Part shown: positions 8,791 to 17,770 of the stretch, in pieces
Position numbering within the stretch: the stretch's first letter is position 1
Layout of the letters: every line of letters begins with the position of its first letter
IMG/VR virus record: IMGVR_UViG_3300036906_000071
Location: 1-61,817 of that record
Direction: 5' to 3' (one strand)
Length of the DNA stretch: 61,817 nucleotides
DNA from: a virus
Taxonomy: Duplodnaviria > Caudoviricetes
The notes under the pieces: model-generated
Told to the model about the DNA's origin: nothing
The model's input: the letters and a program-made list of their open reading frames with translations, nothing else
Database searches by the model: none
Translations under genes and position numbers: made by a program

Positions 8791-9014
8791 GGCTTAACCC
8801 CCAGCTTGCGCCGCCGTCGCTTGCGCTGCCCCGCCGCCACCAGGATGCGCGTCACCGTATTGCGATGCACCCCCAGCCGCAGCGCAGCATGTTCGCGGTG
8901 CCCATTCTCGCGGTCGACCGCATCGCGCACCGCCGCAACCCTCACCCGGCGCTCAATCTCCGCCAGCGTCACATCCATCCCAACCAACTGCCCAACCATC
9001 GCGCCAAGCGTCAT
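8787..9014 (-). CDS. Fis-like HTH protein
   Basis: NGHREHAALRLGVHRNTV fits HTH_8; GGAGG RBS. Confidence 0.8.
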   Translation of the reverse strand: MTLGAMVGQLVGMDVTLAEIERRVRVAAVRDAVDRENGHREHAALRLGVHRNTVTRILVAAGQRKRRRRKLGVKP

Positions 9015-9033
9015 CGTGTCCTCCCGATCGTGC

Positions 9034-9228
9034 CTACCACTTCGGTCCCAGCAGCCAGTGCAGCGCATCGCGCGCGCCCAGTCCCATCAGAAAGATCGTC
9101 AGCAGGGCAACTAGAATCGCGGTGGCCGCGGCGGCGATAAACCCCGCAAACTCACCCGGTGCCATGCCGCGCGGGCTTTGCCGACCACCTCGGCCCTGTA
9201 TGCTGACCACTGTTCCCTGCTGCTTCAT
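9034..9228 (-). CDS. Small membrane protein
   Basis: One hydrophobic helix; ATGA overlap. Confidence 0.6.
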   Translation of the reverse strand: MKQQGTVVSIQGRGGRQSPRGMAPGEFAGFIAAAATAILVALLTIFLMGLGARDALHWLLGPKW

Positions 9229-9554
9229 GGCTTTGGCGCCGCGACGCATACGGGATACCCGTCTGGCCCCTGTTGCGGGATGGAGTCCTTGCCGCAAGCA
9301 TCCATCAATTCCTTCACAGCGGCTTGCAGCGCGATTTGCTTTGCCGGGTTCGCCTGCTGGGCTTGCTGCAGCAGCTCGTTCGCAGACTGGGCCTCAGACA
9401 GCGCCTTGTAGTAGCGCATCTTCACCGCATCGGAGATGATGGGCGGTTTGGTTGCCGCTGCCGCAGCCGCCGGTTTGGTTACGTTCTGCGCCTGCGCTCC
9501 CATGCCAACTGCCAGCAGCGCCATCACCGCAAAAATCAGGATCGTTTGCTTCAT
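9225..9554 (-). CDS. Exported protein with signal peptide
   Basis: MKQTILIFAVMALLAVGMGAQA|QN; two C-terminal Cys. Confidence 0.75.
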   Translation of the reverse strand: MKQTILIFAVMALLAVGMGAQAQNVTKPAAAAAATKPPIISDAVKMRYYKALSEAQSANELLQQAQQANPAKQIALQAAVKELMDACGKDSIPQQGPDGYPVCVAAPKP

Positions 9555-9608
9555 CTTCTTCCTCTCATTCTTCCCGGTGCGCCGGGCCGGTTATGCTTCC
9601 CTGCCTGC

Positions 9609-11015
9609 CTATACCAGCACCGCCTGCGCGGTTGCCTCTTCCAGCCGTCGGCGGCTCATCGCGGCGTACTCCGGGTTGAGCTCGATGCCGATGTAGTTAG
9701 AACGGTTCGCCACAGCGACCAGGCCGGTTGTGCCGCTGCCGCTGAAGGGGTCGAGCACGGTGCAGGGCACCGTTTCTGCTCCACATTTGCAGGATGGGCG
9801 CCAGCCTGTTGTCTCTGCTTTGTACGGCTCGCATCCGTGGCGGCCGTGTGAGGCGTCCTGCATCCTGCCGCCATAACCAGCGGGGTCAGCAATGCGCTTA
9901 CGACGCCCGCGTTGCCCATCCTCCTGGTGATCATTCCAGCCCTTTCCGGTTGTACCCCCTGACTTCTCCACCACCCGCACCCAGGGCGCGCCACAGGCCG
10001 CGCAGCAGCCCCGCTCGCTTGTCCCGGCCAGGATGCACGGCTCAACCAGCTTGCGCGGGAAGGTGGCGAAGTGGGCCTCTGGGAATGGCTCGGTCGCAAT
10101 CTCCCACACGCACCGCTTGTTGCGCTTCATGGTCGACGTGTTCGGATCGTCTCTCCATCCAGCGCCGCGCCCAAACGCCGCACCTTTGGCACTGCGGTTT
10201 TCAGTGGCATCGGACTCTTCCATCTTCTCACCCAATGCTCGCACCTTGCCTACCGTGGGATGGTTGATGAGGTTCTTGCCGTCTTCAAACCTGCTGCCAT
10301 GCCAACTGTCGCGCGGCTCACCGCCGTGCCGCTGTTCGACAGGTCTGCCATCCATCTCCCACGCGCCCTGCGACGTGTACGGTCTGCGCGGATCGTTGGT
10401 TGCCGAATCTTCCTTGATCGCCTCCGCGTCGTAGTAGTAGTGCGCCGCCTTCGTCAGCAGGAAGACGTATTCATGCGCCTTGGTGCAGCGGTCGGTCACG
10501 CTCTCTGGCATCGGGTTTGGCTTGCTCCAGATGATGTCCTGCCGCAACCACCAGCCATCCGCCTGCAACGCAAACGCGAGACGCCACGGCATCCCCACCA
10601 GGTCCTTCGGCTTCAGTGGGCCAGGAATTGACTGCATAGGCTGACCTGGTGCGGCATCTCCACGTTTTGGGTCGCAGTCGGCACCACGCCTTACACGCTG
10701 GCCCTGGTATCCACCGTTGGCCGACGTGTTGTTTTTCCCCCCACTCTTTCCGACCCACTTCGTATCGTTGGAGTAAGAGTCTCCCATATTCACCCAACAT
10801 GTTCCGTCCGAGCGCAGCACCCGCCGCACCTCGCGGAAGACCGCAACCATCTTGGCGATGTACTCCGCCAGTGTCGCCTCCAGGCCAATCTGCCCCGCGA
10901 CCTTATAGTCCCTCAGGCCCCAGTACGGCGGACTCGTCACCACGCAATGCACACTCCCGTCCGGCAGCTCCGCCAGCCGCTCCAGCACGTCGCCCTCGAG
11001 TATCTGGTAGCCCAT
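9609..11015 (-). CDS. Beta-class amino-DNA methyltransferase, probably N4-cytosine
   Basis: TSPPY near the N-terminus; HFATFP and LDPFSGSGTT near the C-terminus. Confidence 0.9.
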   Translation of the reverse strand: MGYQILEGDVLERLAELPDGSVHCVVTSPPYWGLRDYKVAGQIGLEATLAEYIAKMVAVFREVRRVLRSDGTCWVNMGDSYSNDTKWVGKSGGKNNTSANGGYQGQRVRRGADCDPKRGDAAPGQPMQSIPGPLKPKDLVGMPWRLAFALQADGWWLRQDIIWSKPNPMPESVTDRCTKAHEYVFLLTKAAHYYYDAEAIKEDSATNDPRRPYTSQGAWEMDGRPVEQRHGGEPRDSWHGSRFEDGKNLINHPTVGKVRALGEKMEESDATENRSAKGAAFGRGAGWRDDPNTSTMKRNKRCVWEIATEPFPEAHFATFPRKLVEPCILAGTSERGCCAACGAPWVRVVEKSGGTTGKGWNDHQEDGQRGRRKRIADPAGYGGRMQDASHGRHGCEPYKAETTGWRPSCKCGAETVPCTVLDPFSGSGTTGLVAVANRSNYIGIELNPEYAAMSRRRLEEATAQAVLV

Positions 11016-11061
11016 GAGAAAGGTTCTGCCGGCGTTGCCGCCGCCGGCTGCGGGTTGGGAT

Positions 11062-11313
11062 CTAGTTTTCGCCGATAGTGTTCGAGAGGAGCGCCGTGCG
11101 ACCGCGCAACTCTGCGATTGCGCTGTCAACATCGTCCTGCAACTTCTCGATGAGCTCGTTGATCGTCAGCCTTGGCATGGGTTCGCTTTCCGGTGGGGCG
11201 ATTGGGGGCAGGGTACTACCTGTCTGCTGTCCGGCGAGGCACTGTTCCCATATTGGCTTCCGCCCCGGCGTCTTCTTTGCTGCCTTCTTCTTTGCTGCCT
11301 TCTTCAATGCCAT
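11062..11313 (-). CDS. Small protein with a histone-H1-like basic N-terminus
   Basis: MALKKAAKKKAAKK followed by a coiled-coil-like segment. Confidence 0.6.
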   Translation of the reverse strand: MALKKAAKKKAAKKTPGRKPIWEQCLAGQQTGSTLPPIAPPESEPMPRLTINELIEKLQDDVDSAIAELRGRTALLSNTIGEN

Positions 11314-11364
11314 TGTTCTGCCTCGATTCTTTGCGGTTAGTCGTGCGTGAATGTTTGCCGTATC

Positions 11365-11933
11365 CTAGTTCCTATACTCACTTACCAAAAACTGGATTGC
11401 CCGCGCCTTATCCGTCAGGTCCAGCGCATTCCAAATCCTGTCCAGCGCCGCGGCCGGCAGCCTCAGTGTTGCCAGTTCTTCCGGGCCCTGTGCCGCGCAA
11501 CCACAGCCGGCGAGACGTCGCGGCCCGCTGGGGTGGCTGTTACCAGTCTCTGTTTCTTGGATCTCGGCAGGTCGCGGCAGAGCCACGCTACAGTTCCACC
11601 TCCAAGTCCATATTTGCGCTGCCGCGCAGAGTCCGTCATCGTGCCATACTCCGCGCGCACCTTGGCGCGAACCCCTTCGCTGATCCGTCTCTTCGCCATG
11701 CGCTTCCCCTCGTTTCCCACACCATCCACTCCCGCTGCCGGTTTTGTGCTTGCAATAGCTGGCGGCGGGACCTTCACCCCGGCCGCCGCGCCAGCCGGTC
11801 CATCTCGTTCAGCACCACGTCGCTGGTAAACTCCGGCATGCGCCGCGCACATCGGTTCGTCGTCCACCATCACCACTGCGTCCCTCGGGATGTGCTCCAC
11901 GCCGCACGGCATACAATAACCCAGCTTAGACAT
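11365..11933 (-). CDS. Hypothetical protein, possibly frameshifted near 11480-11520
   Basis: The MSKLGYC... frame ends at 11463; a plausible helical C-terminus (LDRIWNALDLTDKARAIQFL) lies in another frame ending at 11365. Confidence 0.5.
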
Positions 11934-12177
11934 CGCTCCCTCGCCCAATAAACTCAACATTCCCGTAGTACCGGCTGCGCCAGATGTTCTGCCGGTTGCC
12001 ATGCTTCTCCGGCCTCTGGCTCCGCCGCACCCGGTCGGTCGCCTCCATCACGCCCAGCGTTCGCGCCCGCTTCATCGCCGGGCCAATCGCCGACAGGTTG
12101 TGCGTCTGCGGCCGCCGCGCCAGCCGGTCCATCTCGTTCAGCACATCGTCGCTGGTAAACTCCGGCATCCGCCGCGC
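11780..12177. repeat. 69-bp direct repeat pair (11780-11848 and 12109-12177)
   Basis: 66/69 identical; read in different frames in two adjacent genes. Confidence 0.9.
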
Positions 12178-12327
12178 CACAGCCACCAGGCAGGCGTCGA
12201 ACAGGTGGCGCCACTCCGGGGCCGCATGGTCGTCGGCCTGCTGCATCCCCGCAGCCACAGTCGCCTGCAGCGCCGGAGACCACCGCCCCGTAAAGTCCAA
12301 TGCCATCTGCGGCGCCATCGCTGCCAT
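11926..12327 (-). CDS. Hypothetical protein, winged-helix-like
   Basis: FTSDDV...AIGPAMKRA...HGNRQNIWRS pattern seen in phage proteins. Confidence 0.7.
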   Translation of the reverse strand: MAAMAPQMALDFTGRWSPALQATVAAGMQQADDHAAPEWRHLFDACLVAVARRMPEFTSDDVLNEMDRLARRPQTHNLSAIGPAMKRARTLGVMEATDRVRRSQRPEKHGNRQNIWRSRYYGNVEFIGRGSDV

Positions 12328-12330
12328 CCC

Positions 12331-12651
12331 TCACCCCTCTGCCAGTAGCATTGCATTCAGGCGTTGGAGCCGGTCAATTTCCGCAGCGATGAGTGCCCCA
12401 GCTTTGACGAGGTTGCGGATTGGATCAGGAGACGGCTTCCACCATGACGGATGCCAAGGCCAATAAGTAGGTAACGTCTCAGTTATGCAGCCGTCTCGCA
12501 GACGTACCTGCGATGCGGCCACGCTCACATAGCTCAGCCCCGCCAAGCCAATCTCAGCATGGGTGTGAATGTCGTCATGCTCCGGCGTCCAGCCCTCAAC
12601 GTCTATCTGGCGCTTCCGTTCCTCTGCAATCAACTCGATTCCACTCTGCAT
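12331..12651 (-). CDS. Conserved phage protein (AEERKRQ..EGWTPEHDD..LVKAGALIAAEIDR)
   Basis: Recognisable family motif; flanked by an 18-bp direct repeat. Confidence 0.8.
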   Translation of the reverse strand: MQSGIELIAEERKRQIDVEGWTPEHDDIHTHAEIGLAGLSYVSVAASQVRLRDGCITETLPTYWPWHPSWWKPSPDPIRNLVKAGALIAAEIDRLQRLNAMLLAEG

Positions 12652-12656
12652 ATCCC

Positions 12657-12884
12657 TCACCCCTCTGCCCGCACATCGGTTGCGCACAGTGACTTGCCCT
12701 TGATCGGCGGCAACGCGCGAAAGCGCAGCCGCTGCCCCAGCTCCCAGCACTCCGGCGGCACATCGGCCTGGCGCACAAACACGTCCCGGCCGCCGCCATC
12801 GTCCGCAATAAACCCATAGCCCGTCGCAAACCGGGCCTTCAGCGTCCCAGTCCGCTCCGCCGCCTCCGCCTTCTTCCGCTCCAT
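12657..12884 (-). CDS. Cold-shock domain protein
   Basis: GYGFI (RNP1) and DVFV (RNP2) motifs. Confidence 0.85.
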   Translation of the reverse strand: MERKKAEAAERTGTLKARFATGYGFIADDGGGRDVFVRQADVPPECWELGQRLRFRALPPIKGKSLCATDVRAEG

Positions 12885-12903
12885 AGCCGCCGCCTCTATC
12901 GCC

Positions 12904-14574
12904 CTACCGGCCCGATACCGGAACTGTTCCCTGCGCCGCCGCCGGCGCCGGCAGGGTGCATACCACCGCCTCCGTCGTCAGCAGCAGCCCGGCAATCGAT
13001 GCCGCCTTCTCCAGCGCCACCTGCGTCACCTTCAGCGGGTCAACCACCCCAGCCTCCACCAGGTCTTCGTACTCATGCGTCTCCGCGTTGAACCCGTAGG
13101 CCTGCTCGCCGTCGACGGACCGCTCCAGGTTCTCCATCACCTCGTTCAGCACCACGTCGGGAGCTTCGCCGGCGTTGGCCGCAATCTGCCGCAGCGGGGC
13201 GCGCAGCGCCTTCACCACAATCTCCCATCCCAGCCGCTCGTCCCTGCCATCATGCAGCACCGTGCCGATCGCAGCCTCCACCGCCCGCGCCGCCCGCACC
13301 AGGGCAACGCCCCCGCCCGCCACAATCCCGCCCTCCGCCGCCGCCCGCGCGCTGAATACCGCGTCCTGCAGGCGGTCTTTCCGCTCGCGCAGCTCCACCC
13401 CGGTGGCCGCGGCCACCTTCAGCACCACCGCGCCGTCGGTCAGCCGGCCAATGCGGATGCCAAACTGCTCCTCCTCGTAGGGATCGTCGGTCGCCCCGCG
13501 CAGCGCCCGCAACTGCTCGGCGCGCTCCAATATCTTGGCCGTATCGCCGCTCGGCTCAATCAGGATGGTGCGGTTCTCCAGCACAATCGCCCGCCGCGCG
13601 CTGCCCAGCATCTGGGCCGTCCACCGGCTCAGGTCATGGCCCATCTCGCTGCTGAATGCCTCGCCCCCCCCCGTCGCAATCGCCAGGTCCTTCAGATGCT
13701 CCTTCCGCTTGGCCCCAAAGCCCGGCGGCACCGCGCAGCAACTCTCCAGCGTTCCCTTGCGGATGTTGGCCGCAAGCACTCTCAGGGCATCGCCGTCCAC
13801 GCTCTCCGCCACAATCAGCAGAGGCCGCTTCGTCCCGGCCACGCTCTCCAGCAGCCGCATCAGGTTCAGCGGATGGTCCATCCGGTCCGTATTGCACTGG
13901 ATCAGGGGCCGCTCGCTCAAAAAGATCAGCGGCTCCTCCAGCACGCAGGCGCTCCGCTCGGGGCTGTTCACAAACCCCTGCTGCGTCCATCCCTGCTCCC
14001 ACTGGTAGCCCGTCTGGTGCTCCAGTTCGCACTTCAGCCCCACCGCGTCCTCGGTCGTAATCATTCCCTGCGGCCCCACCTTGTCGATCGCGTCCGCCAC
14101 CAGGATCCCCAGCTCCGTCTCCCCATGCAGGCTCACCGTCGCCGCCGCCTGGATCATGGCATGGTCCGCCGGTACGGCCTGCCCAGCCAGAGATTCCTGC
14201 GCCACCGCCGCCGCCGCCGACACTCCCGCCGCCAGCCGCATCCGGTCGACCCCCGCCGCCACCAGCTTCATCCCCTCGTTCAGGATCGCCTCCGCCAGCA
14301 CCACCGCCGTCGTTGTGCCGTCCCCCGCGCTCTCGTCCGCGCTTGCCGCCACCATCCGCAGCAGCCGCGCGCCCGCCTGCTCCAGCGGGTCTTCCAGCTC
14401 GATCTCCTTGGCCACGGTCACGCCATCGCGCGTCGCCGCCACCCCAAACGGCCGCACCAGCAAGGCATTCCGCCCGCCCGGCCCCAGCGTCGACTTCACC
14501 GCATCCGCCAGCAGCCGGATGCCACGCATCACCTTCTCGCGGGCCTCATCGCCCAAGATCACTCGGTTTGCCAT
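12904..14574 (-). CDS. groL: Chaperonin GroEL, divergent
   Basis: TLGPGGRN, TRDGVTVAKEI, GDGTTTA, GIVAGGG and GVVDPLKV motifs; no GGM tail. Confidence 0.97.
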   Translation of the reverse strand: MANRVILGDEAREKVMRGIRLLADAVKSTLGPGGRNALLVRPFGVAATRDGVTVAKEIELEDPLEQAGARLLRMVAASADESAGDGTTTAVVLAEAILNEGMKLVAAGVDRMRLAAGVSAAAAVAQESLAGQAVPADHAMIQAAATVSLHGETELGILVADAIDKVGPQGMITTEDAVGLKCELEHQTGYQWEQGWTQQGFVNSPERSACVLEEPLIFLSERPLIQCNTDRMDHPLNLMRLLESVAGTKRPLLIVAESVDGDALRVLAANIRKGTLESCCAVPPGFGAKRKEHLKDLAIATGGGEAFSSEMGHDLSRWTAQMLGSARRAIVLENRTILIEPSGDTAKILERAEQLRALRGATDDPYEEEQFGIRIGRLTDGAVVLKVAAATGVELRERKDRLQDAVFSARAAAEGGIVAGGGVALVRAARAVEAAIGTVLHDGRDERLGWEIVVKALRAPLRQIAANAGEAPDVVLNEVMENLERSVDGEQAYGFNAETHEYEDLVEAGVVDPLKVTQVALEKAASIAGLLLTTEAVVCTLPAPAAAQGTVPVSGR

Positions 14575-14607
14575 TCTGCCCTTTCCGTTAGTTACTGGAT
14601 TAGTGGT

Positions 14608-15069
14608 TTAGTCCTCGACAACAATCTGCGCCTTCAGCAGTTCAACGGTGTTCTGAAACGCCCTTACAAGGACTTCGGTTGGAATTTCCAGCGGATAGAC
14701 CGATCCTGAGCGAGCCATGCCAGCCATCACGCAGTCGGCGATCATGTCCAGCACGTCAATGAGGTTTACATCCGCAGGTACGCCATCGGGTTGCATCAGG
14801 TGGTGCCGATTGACTTTGCGGTGATTGTCCCACCATGTGGTCTGCTTGAAGCCGGTGAGAAAGTCTCGGTGGAATCCGTCAATGTCGCTGATCTTATCGA
14901 AGTCGTGATGCTCTGCCTGGTCGCACAGCAGGATGCCGAGGAACCCCATCGCGGCACCAACGTCTTGAATGTGTTGGATGCTGCTCGCCAACAGCGTTTC
15001 CTTGCTTGTGTGGGCAAAGTCGCAGGTTCTAGTGTCGGCTGTCGGACTCTTTTTGATCCTGATCTTCAT
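14608..15069 (-). CDS. HD-like hypothetical protein
   Basis: HHDFDK...NRHH...DMIADC metal-binding pattern. Confidence 0.65.
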   Translation of the reverse strand: MKIRIKKSPTADTRTCDFAHTSKETLLASSIQHIQDVGAAMGFLGILLCDQAEHHDFDKISDIDGFHRDFLTGFKQTTWWDNHRKVNRHHLMQPDGVPADVNLIDVLDMIADCVMAGMARSGSVYPLEIPTEVLVRAFQNTVELLKAQIVVED

Positions 15070-15079
15070 GGGTAAACTC

Positions 15080-15382
15080 CTATTGTTTTGCGCGAGAGAT
15101 ACCAAGGTACTCGTCTGCAATCCAAGATGGTTTAGTGAACGGGCCGCCAGAGATGAGGTATGGGGAGCCAATCATACCCCCAAGAAACATCTCCTTAACC
15201 CAACTTGGGTCGGGACTCGATGGATTGATGAGAGTGATGATGGTCTTTGATGGCCCAAAGCCCCAATCACATCCTATAAACCTTCGTGGCCAGCCGCCTA
15301 CCGGCGCGAAGAAGTAGGATGGCGCCACCGCAGCCACCGGCGCTGCCATGCCAAGCATCTGTAGAAATTGGCGCCGGTCCAT
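15080..15382 (-). CDS. Hypothetical protein with a twin-arginine-like N-terminus
   Basis: MDRRQFLQMLG; GAGGAG RBS. Confidence 0.6.
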   Translation of the reverse strand: MDRRQFLQMLGMAAPVAAVAPSYFFAPVGGWPRRFIGCDWGFGPSKTIITLINPSSPDPSWVKEMFLGGMIGSPYLISGGPFTKPSWIADEYLGISRAKQ

Positions 15383-15405
15383 TATGTCTCCTCAGTGAAA
15401 AGTTT

Positions 15406-16164
15406 GGGACTTATATACTTGAGTCCCTTTCATACAAACTCCATGACTTGCTGCGCCATCCGCTTCGCGGCAATCTCGCAGTATTTCTCTTCCCGCTCGA
15501 TCCCGACCGCAGTCAACCCCGCGTCCTTCGCAGCGCGCAGCGTGGTTCCTGACCCACAATAGGGGTCTAGAACGGTCTTGGCAGTTGGGAAGAACATCAG
15601 ACACCACTTCATCAGAGCAACTGGTTTTTGAGTGGGGTGCAGCCTCTGTAAAGCCTCCGATGTACCTCGCTTGCGTTTGGCCTCAGCGCTGTCGGATTGA
15701 ATGCAAAGCCCGTTCCAAAGAAACCGGAATATGCGAAGTGGCTGATCCCGGGAAGTCCACGCCGCCTCACCATCCCCGAAGTCGTTAGAGGTAAGTCCCA
15801 CTTTTTTGTCCCACACAAGCCAACTCCCGGGAGGCAATTGATGGGCCAATTTATGCGCTCCCCAAATAACAGAGTTGTCCGCAACACTCGGAAGCCATGA
15901 AACATCTACCGCCTCGCCATCCCCGGTAACAGAGTCAGAAGTACTCCTCTCCCGATGAACCCAGTTACCATTTAGACCCGGGGCCTTCTTATTCCGAGGA
16001 CTTGGGGCTTTATAACTTTGGCCATACGGGGGATCAGTCAGCAGCAAGTCGAAGCGCGGCAGGGTCGGCAGTATCTCTCTGCAGTCGCCGTGGTATATCG
16101 TGCTACCCGCGTGCTCGTAGTAAGTCTTCATTCAGTCTCCAAGGGAGTCATGTATATAAGTCCC
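15406..16164. mobile_element. Non-autonomous insertion cassette with IS1595-like ends carrying a DNA methyltransferase
   Basis: 24-bp TIRs (22/24 match, GGGACTTATATAC...); 8-bp duplication AAAAGTTT at 15398-15405 and 16165-16172; no transposase. Confidence 0.85.
15430..16131 (-). CDS. Beta-class N6-adenine/N4-cytosine DNA methyltransferase (passenger gene)
   Basis: TDPPY, HPTQKP and LDPYCGSGTT motifs; lower GC than flanks. Confidence 0.9.
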   Translation of the reverse strand: MKTYYEHAGSTIYHGDCREILPTLPRFDLLLTDPPYGQSYKAPSPRNKKAPGLNGNWVHRERSTSDSVTGDGEAVDVSWLPSVADNSVIWGAHKLAHQLPPGSWLVWDKKVGLTSNDFGDGEAAWTSRDQPLRIFRFLWNGLCIQSDSAEAKRKRGTSEALQRLHPTQKPVALMKWCLMFFPTAKTVLDPYCGSGTTLRAAKDAGLTAVGIEREEKYCEIAAKRMAQQVMEFV

Positions 16165-16298
16165 AAAAGTTTCACAAGTTCCTGCCGTTCGAGGTCGGCT
16201 ATCGTGCGCGCCCCCTGCCAGCCGCTGCGGTAGCTGTGCAGCACACCGTCAAAGTCGATCGACAGAACCGGCTTTCCCTTCGTCAGGTCATTCGCCAT
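16128..16298 (-). pseudogene. Truncated HAD-family protein whose 3' end is interrupted by the cassette
   Basis: MANDLTKGKPVLSIDFDGVLHSYRSGW (DxDG motif), only 56 aa; reads through the TIR and its TGA overlaps the MTase ATG. Confidence 0.65.
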
Positions 16299-16322
16299 TG
16301 CCGCCCCCCTGCTTTCAAATTG

Positions 16323-17078
16323 CTACACGATCACTGGCAGGTTGACGATCTCTTCTACTGTGCTGGTCTTGATCTTCTGTTCCAGCCATGCGGCGATGTT
16401 CTGCTGCGCGGTAAGCTTCCAGCGCCCGGCATCCGCCTCGAATAGTGCACAGTGGTTGCCTGCCCCCTCCGGCGACTTCACCCGGAAAATGAAATCGCCC
16501 GAGGGCTGCTCCACCTCCAGGAAGGTGCGGAAAGGCTTCAATGTCACCCGCGGCTTCATGGTCACAGTCTCAACCATGTGGACCCCGGACTTCACAGAGA
16601 CCTTCTGAGCAAAGCCATCGTCCTCCTGGCGCAGTTCGCTATCCTTGGCGATGTTGCCAGCCAGTTTCACCAGTGCGTCGAGATCCTCGTCCTGCACAAA
16701 CATCGAGCGCAGCGCGATGTTGAACTCCTCCTGCGGCATGAACTGGTTGAAGCGGAACTCCCGCTCTGGCTTCGGGGCCTCCGCCAGCAAGTAGTGCAGC
16801 CGCCGGCCATACTCGTCGCTCCTGGTGGCAACCAGAAACACCTTGTCGTGGTCGCATACCCACACCAGGGATGTCTTCGGATCGAAGCCCTCTACCTTGT
16901 TCTCCAGCATCAGCATAAACCCGGAGAGCGTGCTGACGCCCAGGGTCTTCAGCATCGGAGGCGTAAAGAGCGTGCAGGTCTTGTCTTTGTCGATGAGCTC
17001 GAAGCCGCGAACCTCGAGTACCTTTGCCGGAGCCAAACTAAGTATCCGGTCAATCGTCACTGGATTTACATTGTCCAT
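16323..17078 (-). CDS. Conserved phage protein (LKPFRTFLEVEQP..FIFR..LFEADAGRW)
   Basis: Recognisable family, usually paired with the upstream gene. Confidence 0.8.
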   Translation of the reverse strand: MDNVNPVTIDRILSLAPAKVLEVRGFELIDKDKTCTLFTPPMLKTLGVSTLSGFMLMLENKVEGFDPKTSLVWVCDHDKVFLVATRSDEYGRRLHYLLAEAPKPEREFRFNQFMPQEEFNIALRSMFVQDEDLDALVKLAGNIAKDSELRQEDDGFAQKVSVKSGVHMVETVTMKPRVTLKPFRTFLEVEQPSGDFIFRVKSPEGAGNHCALFEADAGRWKLTAQQNIAAWLEQKIKTSTVEEIVNLPVIV

Positions 17079-17134
17079 CGGTCCTTCTCTCTGCCGGCTT
17101 GCGCCATGCGGTTGATGTGTCTAGGTGTGGAGCT

Positions 17135-17524
17135 TCAGTTTGTCCGGGTCTTTGCTGGAGGATCAATCGTCGGCCCGCTCATATCGAACTCAATCTCCGA
17201 CTGCTGCGTGTTGCGGCCAAAGGCCAGAAACTCCCCGTCTTTGTGGGCAAAGTACATATTCGCGGTGGCGGGTTTCAGACCGGCCAGCTTGGTCTCCACC
17301 TTTGCGTTGTACTCCGCGCCGCTGCGGTCCTTGTACGGGGTAATCTCGATCGACAGCAGAATCTTCCGCTTCTGTGTCGGCTCCGTGTTTGGGTCGGCGA
17401 CATTCGCCGCCAACCGCTTCAGTGCTTCGTTGAACATCTCGTACACGGCGCCCGACGCCATGTTGTCGATGCTCAATAACTCCGGTAGACCGTTGTGTAC
17501 CGGCGCTTCCGTCTTCTTCTCCAT
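17135..17524 (-). CDS. Conserved phage protein (NVADPNT..KRKI..TKLA)
   Basis: Partner of 16323-17078. Confidence 0.8.
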   Translation of the reverse strand: MEKKTEAPVHNGLPELLSIDNMASGAVYEMFNEALKRLAANVADPNTEPTQKRKILLSIEITPYKDRSGAEYNAKVETKLAGLKPATANMYFAHKDGEFLAFGRNTQQSEIEFDMSGPTIDPPAKTRTN

Positions 17525-17542
17525 CGCTTTACCTTCCTCCGT

Positions 17543-17770
17543 TCAAATTGGCAGCGCCTTGCGTCGTGCCGCCTTCATCTCTTCACGCGCCATCTGCCGC
17601 GCCAGCAGGCGGACCCGCCTCCGGGTCGCCGGCCATTGGTAGCCGCCAACGTCGCCTCTGGGTCCGCAGACCCACAGCTTCGTCGAGAGTTTTTTGAGGA
17701 CAACACGGTGGATGACGCGAAACATCCGGGGCCGGTCAACCAGCTTCACCCCGCCTAACTCAATCGTCAT
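17543..17770 (-). CDS. Small basic hypothetical protein
   Basis: Packed in the operon. Confidence 0.5.
   Translation of the reverse strand: MTIELGGVKLVDRPRMFRVIHRVVLKKLSTKLWVCGPRGDVGGYQWPATRRRVRLLARQMAREEMKAARRKALPI

Noticed and set aside
5093-12177. Diversity-generating retroelement (template/variable repeats)
   Set aside because: No reverse transcriptase was found; the repeats are exact or lack adenine-specific mismatches.
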